Shown one piece after another: positions 17,163 to 30,290 of a stretch of DNA of 64,000 nucleotides. The stretch comes from Eledone cirrhosa. Taxonomy: Eukaryota. A program made the position numbers and the translations under genes. The notes beneath the pieces are model-generated. The model saw only the letters and a list, made by a program, of their open reading frames with translations, was not told the DNA's origin and made no database searches. Positions within the stretch are counted from its first letter, which is position 1. Each line of letters opens with the position of its first letter. The stretch spans positions 85,436,001 to 85,500,000 of the forward strand of contig OZ024745.1 of assembly GCA_964016885.1 (NCBI GenBank), written 5' to 3'.

Positions 17163-17330
17163 TAATTGTTTCTAATATTGGCACAAGGACACCAATTACC
17201 CAGTGCATTACTGGTACTTTATTTTATCGACCCCGTAAGGATGAAAGGCAAATTCAACCTCGGCGGGATTTGAACTCAGATCGTAAATAGACGTAACTAT
17301 GGTGGAAAGTATGTCCGTCCCTCTACCGAT
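17163..17330 (-). mobile_element. tRNA-derived SINE (Meta-like core)
   Basis: Reverse complement of 57377-57565, with B box GAGTTCAAATCC. Confidence 0.85.
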
Positions 17331-17516
17331 TTGAAGACTAAAATCCAAAGAGGGCTCGATAAGGATAAATATATATCAAATATATAAGAACCGTAGAGCA
17401 AATATTTATTAAAATAACAGATTAAAGTTTAAGCAAAGAATCGTTGCTTTCACCCTTCCCGTTAAGGATGAAAGCAGCGATTCTTTGCTTAAACTTTAAT
17501 CTGTTATTTTAATAAA
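17328..17516. mobile_element. Fold-back terminal module, family D
   Basis: About 17404-17455 is inverted relative to 17466-17516. Same sequence as 4607-4733. Confidence 0.7.
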
Positions 17517-17527
17517 TGTATATATAT

Positions 17528-17629
<102 letters not shown>

Positions 17630-17670
17630 GTATATATATATATATACATGTATATATATATATATACATG

Positions 17671-17704
<34 letters not shown>

Positions 17705-17762
17705 TATCTGTATATATATATATATACATGTATATATATATATATACATGTATATATATATA

Positions 17763-17863
<101 letters not shown>

Positions 17864-18030
17864 TACATCTACCAACATATGCGTACAGATGTACACTAAT
17901 ACTAGTAAATATATAAGTTATGTCAAAGTACCTAGGTGGTTCAATGCAGGGGGATGCAGAACAATTATATGAAAGACGTAAAATAAGAAAATTTTAAAAA
18001 TTAAAAATTAACTTACTTACTAAAATTTTC

Positions 18031-18112
18031 ATTCCAACTAATTAGTTTCTGTCATGGGATAAATATAGTTACACACTGTAACTATCGAGAATTCATTACG
18101 TCATCAGGGAGT
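18031..18112 (-). ncRNA. Hammerhead with extended stem II, in the pLTR-like segment at about 17860-18290
   Basis: actcc-CTGATGA-cgtaatg..atagttaca(gtg)tgtaactat..catgaca-GAAA-ctaattag-TT-ggaat; palindrome ACTAATTAGT. Confidence 0.72.
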
Positions 18113-18294
18113 CTATTCTCAGCTAAGTTCCCAGGCAATGCGCGGACACTAGGAACTCATATAAAAATAATAATTCAGTGGATGTAATAAGCTAGCGGGG
18201 ACTAAATTCCATAGCACTGAAAAAGTTCACTGCCTCTGGTTAGTGGTGTATACTAAAGAATCAATCACGTGACACTGAGGTTAGTCAGTTAGGA

Positions 18295-18595
18295 GTGGAT
18301 AGCATCATTGGATAGCATCAGGGTTGCAGCCGTTATATCAGAGTTTTCTTTCTCCTAGAATTCTGCCTTGACAAAGTCTAAGGGATCATCTCTCCCGGTG
18401 ATTTTGGATGGCCATTGACCTTTAAGAGCTCGATTTCCCTTTGACAGGTTTTGTTTTTAGTCCTGCAGGATGTCCAAAGTCACCCTCCTCACCAAGAAAG
18501 CTTGCTGGGGTTGCCAGTTTAGTCGCCAACGACCCGACCATGAGACAGGTTGTACTGGAATACATGTTACCAGTAGCACCAATTGGTGACCTGAC
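18295..18595 (-). mobile_element. Probable RTE-type 5' UTR fragment
   Basis: GC-richer segment with ..GGCGACTAAACTGG.. and ..AAGGCAG..CTAGGAGAAAGAAAACTCTG.., which resemble RTE 5' UTRs from recall only. Confidence 0.4.
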
Positions 18596-18626
18596 ATGTA
18601 TATATATACATATCTATATCTATATA

Positions 18627-18707
<81 letters not shown>

Positions 18708-18708
<1 letters not shown>

Positions 18709-19114
18709 GGAACGAGTAGGACCCCGACGGCTGAGCTCAGGCCGTTTCGACGGCTAATTCTGGACTAAATGAAAATTTTTATCCTGGTATATGAATAGCC
18801 GAGTTTCTCAGGGGGTTATTCCATATATGGTAAAAGTGATTGTCACAACGATTGGTCAAAAGTTTGTTGTTGAGACACATAATTCTATCATGGCAATTTG
18901 TGGAAGGAAGGGGTAGCTGAACCTGCCAGTAGAAGAAAGAGGGAGAGGGGGTGGAGGAAACTTGGGTTTCCTCCACCCCCTCTCCCTCTTTATATATAAC
19001 GAAGCAAATGTGGTAAGGAACCAGGTGGACCATAACGCACCAAAGTACTCAATAATTAGAGTAGTAGAGTGGGTAATAGGAACTAGTAGGACCCCGACGG
19101 CTGAGCTCAGGCCA
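18708..19114 (-). mobile_element. Partial tandem pLTR, family F
   Basis: GGAAC(G/T)AGTAGGACCCCGACGGCTGAGCTCAGGCC occurs at 18709 and 19079. Homologous to 47754-47970, 50450-50638 and 63505-64000. Confidence 0.8.
18721..18816 (-). ncRNA. Hammerhead-like motif, family F (core CTGAGAA, long stem III)
   Basis: acccc-CTGAGAA-act-cggcta...tagccg-tc-GAAA-cggc(ctgagctca)gccg-TC-ggggt. Confidence 0.6.
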
Positions 19115-21139
19115 TTTCTTGAAGATTTCCACCTCCACGTCATGCAAATCTCTCAGATCCCTCGGCAGCTTGTTGAAGAGTTGAGAGCCCTTGAAACCCA
19201 GGCTATTGCAATACCTGCTCCTTATTCTAAATGTGGAAGACGGGACCTTTGGCACCACACAGTGACGTCCTGTTCATCGGTTGATCCAGCTCCCAATGCC
19301 AAATTTTGGTGCTCGTCCTTCCAGGAGTTTCCAAATGTAGATCACTGCGTATCTCTCCCGTCTTCGTTCCAAAGAGTAGAGGTTCAGTTCTTTTAGCCTC
19401 TCCCAGTATCTTTCACCTTCATCGTGGCAATCCTCTTGGTGTAGCTTTGCTGGATTGCCTCAAGCTCCGTGGTTAATTGGACACTAGGGGTGACCACAAC
19501 AGGGAGCAGTAGTCCAGGCGGCTTAGGACAAATGTCCTCCATAGTGTCAACATGGTGTCTCGATCTCTTGTCCGGAAAGTCATCAAGATCCAGCCAGCTA
19601 TTTGTGCACATTGTCGCCACTTTCATGATGTGTGAAGAAAAAGATGCATCATCGCTCATGTCTATGCCCAGGTCTCGTATCGCTTTTGACACGGGGATAT
19701 CGGTCCCTCCTGGTCCTGTGTAGTTGTGTTGTACTATATTTGTGTTTGCAGGTTTGTTTGGAGATTTGTATTGTAGGGCTTGGAATTTGCAAGCATTAAA
19801 CTGCATGTTGTTTTCTTCCTCCCATTTGTATATGGCATCCAGATCCTGCTGTAAAAGGGCAGCGTCAGCCGGGTTTTTGATTGCTTGTGCTACCTTAGTG
19901 TCATCAGCATAGCTAGTGAGGGATGTTGTTGTATGTACTACAGAGGGCATGTCTGAGAGAGCCACTGAAAACAGTAGTGGTCCCAGGACTGTCCCCTGGG
20001 CACCCCACTTGTTATTGGTGTTTCCTTTGACAGGACCCCATTTGTTGCGACTGCCTAGCTTCTGTCCTTTAGGAAGTCATGAAGCCACTTTTCGAGTTAT
20101 GCCGAGTCCGTGTAGTTTGTGACATATCCTTCCGTGGTCGACCTTGTTAAAAGCCTTCGCAAAGTCAAGATATATCACGTCCACATGTGAGCTGTCTAGT
20201 AGTTGTTTCAGTACCCACTCGTAGAGATGTAGCAGCTGTGTAAGGCAGCTTCTTCCTGGGCGGTAGCCATGTTGCCTGCTAGTCAGGCGGTCATTTACCT
20301 CGAGGAAAGTGATCAGTTTCTTTGTGATGACACACTCCATGACCTTACTGATTTGCGACGTCAGGGAGACTGGCCTATAGTTTTTGGCCTCCGCTCTGCT
20401 ACCTCCTTTATGGATAGGGCATATTGTGCCTTCTTTCAGCTGGCTGGGTAGTACACCGCTAGCCAAGGAGCTTATGAAGAGCATCTTCAGTGGAGTTGCT
20501 AAGGCCCGCTTACATATTTTTAAGAGAACTGCTGGGAATCCATCAGGTCCAGCAGCCGAGTCTGTTCTAATTTCATCAATGACGTACACCACATCATCCT
20601 CCGTTATGTCTATGTGGTTGATCGTTGCCATTTCTTCATGTAGTGTTGTGGCATCAAAGAACTCCTCTGGCTTCGTTATTTGCATGTGCCTCAGTGGACA
20701 AGTGAACACACTTTTGTACTGTTCGTTCAGTATTTCACATATCTCTTGGGGGTTTTCGGTTAATGAACCGTCCGTATGGAAGAGTGGCCCAATCTTGCAG
20801 TATACTGAGGCAGTTTCTTTTGCAAATTTAAAGAAGGCCTTAGGGTTTGTTTTAATGTTTTCTATGGCCCTGTTCTCTTTCTTTGCCCTCTCATTCTCAT
20901 GGGAAAGCTTGAGTGCAATCTCGGTGCCAAGTAATGCACATTTCAAATAGGATTCCTTCTTGTTTTGGTTTTGTTGACTATTCAACTGGTTTGAGAGTTT
21001 GGTTCTACGTCTCATAAGGATTTTCTTATCTCTGGGAATAAGATTTTTGGGTCTGTTTGCCTCTTTCTCCGGGACAAACTGTTTGCATATAGTGTGTATC
21101 GTTGTCATGAAGTTTTGAAATTGTGTGTTAGTGTCTTAT
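19115..21139 (-). mobile_element. CR1-group LINE fragment (RT), truncated at both ends and frameshifted
   Basis: Closely matches 35730-37748. Motifs NYRPVSLTS, DVIYLDFAKAF and YADDTK. Confidence 0.92.
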
Positions 21140-21239
<100 letters not shown>

Positions 21240-21243
21240 GTAT

Positions 21244-21305
<62 letters not shown>

Positions 21306-21364
21306 GTATATATATATATACATGTATATACACATATATATATATATATATATATATATCTGTA

Positions 21365-21456
<92 letters not shown>

Positions 21457-21548
21457 TATATATACATGCATATACACACATATACATATATATATATGTA
21501 TATATATATACATGTATATTCACACATATATCTGTATATATAAATAAT

Positions 21549-21646
21549 TGCTTGTTGTATCCCAACAATTGAAATAGAACTTTTTGCATATATATATATA
21601 TATATATGCAAAAGGTTCTATTTAAATTGTTGGGATACAACAAGCA
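21549..21646. repeat. Inverted repeat centred on a short (TA)n
   Basis: TGCTTGTTGTATCCCAACAATT..TGCA (TA)n TGCA..AATTGTTGGGATACAACAAGCA. Confidence 0.85.
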
Positions 21647-21672
21647 AATATTTTTATTACTGATATAAAGCA

Positions 21673-21799
21673 CTGAAGACAGCATATATATGTGTACGTA
21701 TGTATATCCTCTGATAGTTTGTAAACATTTTACATAGATCTATTGGATATGCATACCAACACTAACATATATATCCTAGAAACGATCGTAAAATGATGA
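21673..21799 (+). ncRNA. Hammerhead, family G, lacking the 5' strand of stem I
   Basis: CTGAAGA-cagcatat...atatccta-GAAA-cgatcg-TA-aaatgatga; homologous to 27032-27171. Confidence 0.55.
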
Positions 21800-21848
21800 A
21801 TTGTTTAATATAAGGAACTGTTTCTTTGTTTATTCATTATTTTTATTA

Positions 21849-21916
<68 letters not shown>

Positions 21917-22086
21917 ATACTTGGGGAGGGTCATATTTGTGTAATATTGCCAGAATTAATAACAGAACACACTCACTGTTTGGTTGGTTTTCGCTTTTCG
22001 CTTCTGTGTCTTTTATATCGATAATCAAATTTATGTGGTCAAAAGTAATAGATACAATATAGACACAAACACATATATATAGTTTA

Positions 22087-22126
22087 TCAAAGTTCTTTCG
22101 TTGCACATCTGCAACATCGTCAGTGG
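22087..22126 (-). ncRNA. Hammerhead, family A
   Basis: cca-CTGACGA-t-gttgca(gatg)tgcaac-GAAA-gaac-TT-tga; stem I is weak. Confidence 0.7.
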
Positions 22127-24550
22127 TGCTATAGATTCCTCCCGTTGCATCGTATTTCTACGCCATCTTTATTTAGTCTGTTTATATATTTATTTATTTA
22201 TTTGTTTGTTTGTTTATTTTATTTTGTCTTCTTTGCGCATGCGTTTGTGTGTATGTATAGTGTTTTCTTTGATGTGTGTTCGTGATTGGGTGACTGTGTA
22301 TTGGTTAATGTGTTCTATGTTTACTAGTGTGTGTTTATATGTGTTTGTTGTTATTGTGCTTGTGTATGTATTTATTTATTTATTTATTTATCTATTTATT
22401 TATACTTCTCTCAGGTCAGTGTTTTTTGTTTGGGTGTTGTTATTCCATTCATTCTTTCTGTTTAGTCTTGGACTGGCCTCTCTGATTTGCCTATCTGCTG
22501 GGTCATTTCTATGTTTAGATATTATTCTAATTTCTATGTTGTCTATGTTACCGTCGTGTTGTTGTCTGGCATGTTCTTATAGTACTGACCCGTTTTTTCG
22601 TCCTTTTAGTTCCCCCCAGTGTTGGTCTATCCTTTCACCTATGCTACGAGCTGTTTCGCCTATGTATGTTGTTGTTATGTTTCTGCAAGTACCCTCTGTA
22701 CATCTTATGCTATAGACTACATTTCTAGTTTTACAGTTTATCCTATCTAAGCTATTCCATGATTTGCTCCTGTATAATGGGCAAATTCCTTTCATGTCCA
22801 ATTCTATGAGGGTCTTATACTTCTCCATGGCTCCTTCGTATACTCTGACTTTGTCTCTTTGGTTGTAGCCAGAGAACTGCATGCGGTTGATGAAGTGTTG
22901 GATGTGTCTTTCCATTTCTGTTGGGTCGCACATACGGGACATATTCTTCATCACTCGTACCAAATCTGCGATCTGAATATTAAACTTAGCACTACTGGAC
23001 ATTGCTGAGTTTTTGTGTATCAGGTATTTGGAGGCCATGGGTTTAGCATAGTGTGAGTGGAGAATGTGGGCTCTCGTCTATAGTGTCAATCCAGAGTTCC
23101 GTGTCTAATACAGGTAGTCTATTGTTAGGGTGTTTGGAAGGGTAGTCGATTGTTACAGTTATACTCTGCTATCTGATGGATGCTTTCCATTGTGCTACGT
23201 TCTAAATCAAACTTGTTAGTGCTCTCTAGTGGGGATGTTCTTATAACTATATTGATATCGTCTACGTAACGAGAGTACATGATGAGGTCTATGGAGCTCT
23301 CATTAAGGAGATCTTTAAGTCTCCTTTCCCACCATACCATAAAAAGGTTGGCAACATCACCAGCTATGCTGACGCCAATGGCTGCTCCCTCATTTTGGGT
23401 GTAGATCTTCTCGTTGAACTTGAATATGAGGCCCTTTAGGGTAGTTTTGATACTAGCCCCTATTGCATGTGCGACCATTTTCTTACCTGATCATTGTTTT
23501 GGGGGATCCGTATAGCTTTGGTCCACCCAATCCACCTTCACATGGGAGTCTTTTTTGCCATGGAGGTTATGGTGGGGGTCTACCTCTTATGGGTCTACTA
23601 GGGCAGAAACGTCTAAGGTCATGGCTGTCTAGGTAGTCAGTGTCGTAGGTAAGTCTAAGTAGGAGGCCCAGTTCGTCTGTGTCGACGTCGCAGTACTCCA
23701 CCTCACTCTCAATGATCATCTCCACACATTTTTCCACAGCAAAATCAATGTTAATGGATGAGTACAGTGATACCACATCCATGCTGCCTATTATGCAGTT
23801 GGATAGGTTCCTGTTTTGTTGTTGTTGCACTCACTGATTCTGCTGAGGAGGTCCTCTGTACTGTCACATACATCTGGGGACATCTTGATTATGGGGCGCA
23901 TAACCATTGAGAGGAAGTAGGAGATCCTGTAGTTGCTAGCTATATTAGCTCCGCATACGGGTCTTGTTGGTGGTCCTGTTGTCGGGTCGTCGACTGTCTT
24001 GTGGTCTTTGTGGAGCCCATACAAGGGTGGTATGCCATTGTTAGACGCCTGGAAGTTGTTGGCAGTGCGTCTGCTTGGCTTTAAGATGTCAGTCCACATC
24101 ATCATGTGAGCGTTGAGGATTTTCTCTCTCCCATCATGTGTTTGCTGTGCAATTTCGCTCGTGTTGGTGATGTGGGGTTGCATAACCTTGATATAGTTCG
24201 GCATGCTATCTATTGACATCCTACCCGACTTATCCGTGGGAGGAAACCTGTAGAAGGCTTGGTTAACCTCAAGCAGCGCACAAGGGATGGTGAGGTAGTA
24301 TGTCTACCCACGGATAAGTCGGGTAGGATGTCAATAGATAGCATGCCGAACTACATCAAGGCTATGCAACCCCACATCACCAACACGAGCGAAATTCACG
24401 AACACACATCAAACGAAACACTATACACACACGCAAACGCATGCGCAAAGAAGACAAAATAAAATAAACAAACAAATAAATAAATAAATATATAAACAGA
24501 CTAAACAAAGATGGCGTAGAAATACAATGCAACGGGAGGAATCTATAGCA

Positions 24551-24590
24551 CCACTGACGATGTTGCAGATGTGCAACGAAAGAACTTTGA
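24551..24590 (+). ncRNA. Hammerhead, family A
   Basis: Same motif as 22087-22126. Stem II covaries with 958-1000 (gttgca/tgcaac versus gtcaca/tgtgac). Confidence 0.72.
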
Positions 24591-24925
24591 TAAACTATAT
24601 ATATGTGTTTGTCTCTATATTGTATCTGTATTATTTTTGACCGTTGGTCAGTCAATGGCAACATTGAGGACCGCATAAATTTGATTACCGATATAAAAGA
24701 CACAGAAGCGAAAAGCGAAAACCAACCAAACAGTGAGTGTGTTCTGTTATTAATTCTGGCAATATTACACAAATATGACCCTCCCCAAGTATAACAATAT
24801 TTGTTTCGACACACGATTTCATATAAAAAACCTCGCAAAACTATATATATGTATCTGTATATATATATATATGCATATATATACACACATACATATATAT
24901 ATCTGTATATATATACATGTATATG

Positions 24926-25118
<193 letters not shown>

Positions 25119-25266
25119 CATATATATATATTTATATTATATATATATATTATATATATATATATATTTATATACTATATATATATATAAATATATATTA
25201 TATATATATATATATATTATATATATATATATATTATATATATATATATATATTATATATATATAT

Positions 25267-25298
<32 letters not shown>

Positions 25299-25524
25299 AT
25301 ATATTATATATATATATTATATATATATATATTGTATATATATATATTATATATATATATTATATATATATATTATATATATTATATATATATATATTAT
25401 ATATATATATATTATATATATTATAAATATATTATATATATTATATATATATATATATTATATATATATATATATATTATATATATATATATAATATAAA
25501 TATATATATATTATGTATATATAT

Positions 25525-25559
<35 letters not shown>

Positions 25560-25584
25560 GTATATATATATTATATATATATAT

Positions 25585-25618
<34 letters not shown>

Positions 25619-25668
25619 GTATATATATATATTATATATATATATATATTATATATATATATATGATA

Positions 25669-25717
<49 letters not shown>

Positions 25718-25937
25718 TAAATAATCGACAAGAATTAATAATATCGTGTAATCATAAACTGAGAAAAACTTTAAATATTATAAACCTAATTAATATACAC
25801 TTTAGAAATTAATATATAAACTGTTTTTAATTTAGTTAACCTATAATTAATATTCTACTACTGATGAACCACATAATTTTACTTTCCTTCTTACAACTAT
25901 CATTTCCTAAAACTGATACCATTAAGTAAACATATAT

Positions 25938-26038
25938 AATTGTTTCTACTTTCGGCACAAGGCCAGCAATTACCCAGTGCATTACTGGTACTTTATTTTA
26001 TCGACCCCGTAATGATGAAAGGCAAAGTTAACCTCGGC
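25938..26038 (-). mobile_element. SINE 3' half
   Basis: Matches 17163-17263. Confidence 0.8.
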
Positions 26039-26262
26039 ATATATAATGCCTAAACATATATAATGCCTTAACTTCAGGTTATGACTTGATATCTCTATAT
26101 ATTTATTATTTCTCACTAATAAATTAATCCCCCCCCCAATAATTATATGTATATGTAACTATGTATGTATGTGTATATATATGTGTATGTATGTATGTAT
26201 ATATGTGTGTATATATATATATATGTGTATATATATATATATATACGTGTATATGTGTGTGT

Positions 26263-26330
<68 letters not shown>

Positions 26331-27031
26331 TATTTTTATATTCTTTTAATTTCCCCTCATCTTTAACAGCACTCTTCAACTGCATCTAACTCTTATTTAT
26401 CATATGTATATGCATTAGTATAATTTTATCAATATAAATGTACCCATCAATTAAATTAATTTATATTCTTTTCATAGATTTTCATGTATTTTTTTCACTA
26501 ACACTCTTATCATAAAATTTTAGTCTCCTTAGATATTTGCATTGGCATTACTGGTTTATAACAGCAACTGCTCATAAACCTTTTACTAACCTGACCTATT
26601 TTCACCCCTAAAATAACTTTCTCATTCTTCACACTCCATTCAAAACTGAAATCTGCCTTATTCTACCCCGAAAATAAGCTTCAAATACTACTATTTTACC
26701 ATTTGGCCAATTATTAACTTTCTATTGGTTAATTCTAAACCTCTTACCAAACAGACAGAATATATTAGATCTTTGTTGGTTTTATTCAATGAACAAATAT
26801 AATTATTTCTGAGGTCAGCATACGACCTATTTTCATCCCTAATATAATCTTTCATTCATAATATTCTTTTCCATCCAAAACTGAAATCTACCTTCCTCTA
26901 CCCATAATTTAAGGTTCTTCTACTACTATGTTACTATCTTGACCCTCACTATCTCTCTATTGGTCAATTCAAAACCTGTTCCCAAACAGACCTATTGTAT
27001 TGAATCTTTGTTTTTTTTCAATAAACAAATA

Positions 27032-27171
27032 TCATTATTTCTGAAGACAGCATATATGTGTAGGTATGTATATTCCCTCTGATAGTTTGTATAAATGTTG
27101 TACATAGATATATAGAATATGCATACCAACTCTGACACATATATATCCTAGAAACGATCGTAAAATGATGA
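27032..27171 (+). ncRNA. Hammerhead, family G, with about 100-nt rod-like stem II
   Basis: tcattattt-CTGAAGA-..atatatgtgt..ggtatgtatattc...gaatatgcatacc..acacatatat..-GAAA-cgatcg-TA-aaatgatga; stem I 9 bp. Confidence 0.82.
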
Positions 27172-27226
27172 ATTTTTTTTAATATAAGGAACTGTTTCTT
27201 TGTTTATTCATTATTTTATTAATTTA

Positions 27227-27318
27227 TGTATATATATATATTATATATATATATATATTATATATATATATATATATTATATATATATATATTATATATC
27301 TATATATTATATATATAT

Positions 27319-27365
<47 letters not shown>

Positions 27366-27441
27366 ATATTATATATACATATATCATATATATATATTGT
27401 ATATATATATATATTATATATATATATATATTATATATATA

Positions 27442-27486
<45 letters not shown>

Positions 27487-27639
27487 ATATTATGTATATA
27501 TATATATATTATATATATATATATTATATATATATATATTATATATATATTATATATATATATTATATATATATATATTATATATATATATATTATATAT
27601 ATATATATATTATATATATATTTGTATATTATATATATA

Positions 27640-27702
<63 letters not shown>

Positions 27703-27715
27703 TACATATATATAT

Positions 27716-27761
<46 letters not shown>

Positions 27762-27867
27762 ATATATATATAATATATATATATATATTACATATTTATA
27801 TATATTATATATATATATTATATATATATATATATTATATATATATGTATTATATTTATATATATAT

Positions 27868-27900
<33 letters not shown>

Positions 27901-27926
27901 ATATATATATATATTATATATATATA

Positions 27927-27972
<46 letters not shown>

Positions 27973-28572
27973 ATATATATATATATTATATATATATATT
28001 ATATATATATTATATTTATATATATATTATATATATCTATATATTATATATATATATATATGTATATAAATATATATATATATTATATATATGTATATTG
28101 TATATATATATTATATATATATATATATATTATATAAAATATATATATATATATATAAATAATATATATATATATATAATATATATATATATATATAATA
28201 TATATAACATATATATATAATATATATATATATATAATCTATATTTATAATATATATATATAATATATGTATATAAATATAATATATAATATATATATAT
28301 AATATTTATATTATATATATATATATAATATATATATATATTATATATATATATATTATATATATATATATATTATATATATATATTATATATATATATT
28401 ATATATATATATATATTATATATATATATATATTATATATATATATATTATATCCATTATATATATATATATTATATATATATGTATTATATATATATTA
28501 TATATATATTTATATATATATATTATATATATATATATATATTATATATATATATATTATATATATATATAT

Positions 28573-28604
<32 letters not shown>

Positions 28605-28640
28605 ATATATTATATATATATATATATATATATTATATTA
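27227..28640. repeat. 1.4-kb degenerate (TA)n array with TT/AA phase slips, representative of dozens of TA arrays in the window
   Basis: Direct reading. Similar arrays at 24950-25715, 32435-32840, 42420-43147, 47970-48630, 55867-57376 and 62748-63504. Confidence 0.98.
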
Positions 28641-30124
28641 CAGGGAAAAATGCGGCCGCATGTAAAGAAATATTCTTAAATTAATAAACCTAGAAAAGTA
28701 AAGGACAAGTTATTACACCTGGAAAAGTAAAGGACAAGAAAACTTCTTAAAACTTCTTAAAATATTGCAGCTATTTGTATAAATTTGAATATTAAAACAT
28801 ATTTTATTTAAATATACATAGAAAGTGATAAATTCTAATAATACAGTTGACTCTCTAATTGATAATAATACTAATTTATGATCATTTATTTAATTTTGTG
28901 ATCCTAATTTACACCATACTGGTTGGGTCATTAAATAAATATACTTTATTTTACTTTACTAAATGGGACTGAAAAAATGAGTGACAATTATAAACATCAA
29001 ATAAACAAAATTTTGGCGTGTAAATGACACTAACAATTAATTAATAATTAATTAGGGAGCCAACTGTAATGATAAATAATAACAAATTATAATTGTTTAA
29101 TAATGAAATTTTAGACCTGTCAGAAATCAAATTAACCAATCTACATTTTTAGGTAGAGTAAAATTAGACTAGAATTAAAAATTAAACATTGTCTAATTCA
29201 ACAGTTCATCTAATGAATTGATGAATTCACTATAATTGATTGATTCACTATAAATGAATAATTGATGAATTGACTTTTACCTAATTTTGCTCCTTCAGAT
29301 GTTGAATTTTACTATATTATAAAAAAAATCTGTAATATTCATAAAAAGTGCAATTATATGATGCACTGTTTTTGATTTATTTTACTGCATTATTTTATAA
29401 CTAAATTTTTAAAAATAAAGGCTTCGTTGGTTTAAGCTATTTTTATAAAGGATGCCACAGAATGTACGATATATAATGATTACAATATTTTTTAGCAACA
29501 ACTCTAGTCCCACACTTTTGAAGGTTTATTATAACATTCTGTGGCACTTTTGAGCTTGCGCATTTTTCATGTCTAGTTTAATATTTTTTTAAGGCAACGC
29601 TTGTAATAACTCTAGTTAAACAGGATATATATTAATAATAAATTATCGTTGTAATGTAATTAGATTATGTAATTGTTATTATAAATTATCTTATAAATAT
29701 TAGTGTAAGATGTATAAAAATATTTTCAGACTTTTAATATAAACAACTACAAAAAACAATCAATATTAAATCAATATATTATACATAATAGAAAACATAA
29801 AATAAACAATACAAAAACAAAATATTTACATACAATTGCAATTATCAGTGTATATACATTTTCTTTATATTCCCTGAGCAAATTAATAAGATTTGTTTTT
29901 ATAATTTGATGACTTGTTGGAGTGTATTAAAAGATAGCAACAATTTGTGATTAAATTGTTATCTTAAGCAACTCACTTTTTAATAGTTGTTGGCTGAGCG
30001 AAATTGTAAAAGCCTATGAGCAAATATAAAAAAAAATACACAAACAACATTTCCTTGTGTTATTACAACATTAGATAAAATAATTGAGCAATGTCGTTAT
30101 ATTTTGCTCTTATTGCACATTAAT

Positions 30125-30290
30125 AGTGTTTCTATTTTTCGGCACAAATCCATTACGGCAGTCCATTACTGGTACTTTATTTTATCGAATTAGTAAGTAT
30201 GAAAGTCGAAGTTAACCTCGGCAGGATTTGAACTTAGAATGCAAAGGACCATAACAATACTGCAAATCATGGTCTCTGACGCTCTACCAA
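30125..30290 (-). mobile_element. Diverged SINE copy; a further core fragment lies at 31245-31292
   Basis: CATTACTGGTACTTTATTTTATCGA..GAAAGTCGAAGTTAACCTCGGCAGGATTTGAACT. Confidence 0.75.

Larger units (their letters stand above)
21913..24842 (-). mobile_element. PLE of a second clade (YVDD RT + GIY-YIG), frameshifted and 5'-truncated, with an inverted 5' segment and inverted pLTR at 24244-24842
   Basis: Motifs PTDKSG, YGLHKDHK, TRPVCG, GSMDVVSLY, GAAIG, SRYVDD and NVVYSIRC..YIGETARSIGERIDQH. Family A pLTRs at both ends in opposite orientation. Confidence 0.9.
25717..27226 (+). mobile_element. 3' end of a PLE (last codons + 3' UTR/pLTR) with a nested SINE fragment and a roughly 230-bp tandem duplication (about 26590-27050)
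   Basis: LNNRQELIISCNHK matches the LNxRxE..CxH end of the other PLEs here. Terminal hammerhead present. Confidence 0.7.

Noticed and set aside
25861-25900. Isolated CTGATGA (and CTGAGGA at 63894)
   Set aside because: No matching stem II, GAAA and stem I could be found.
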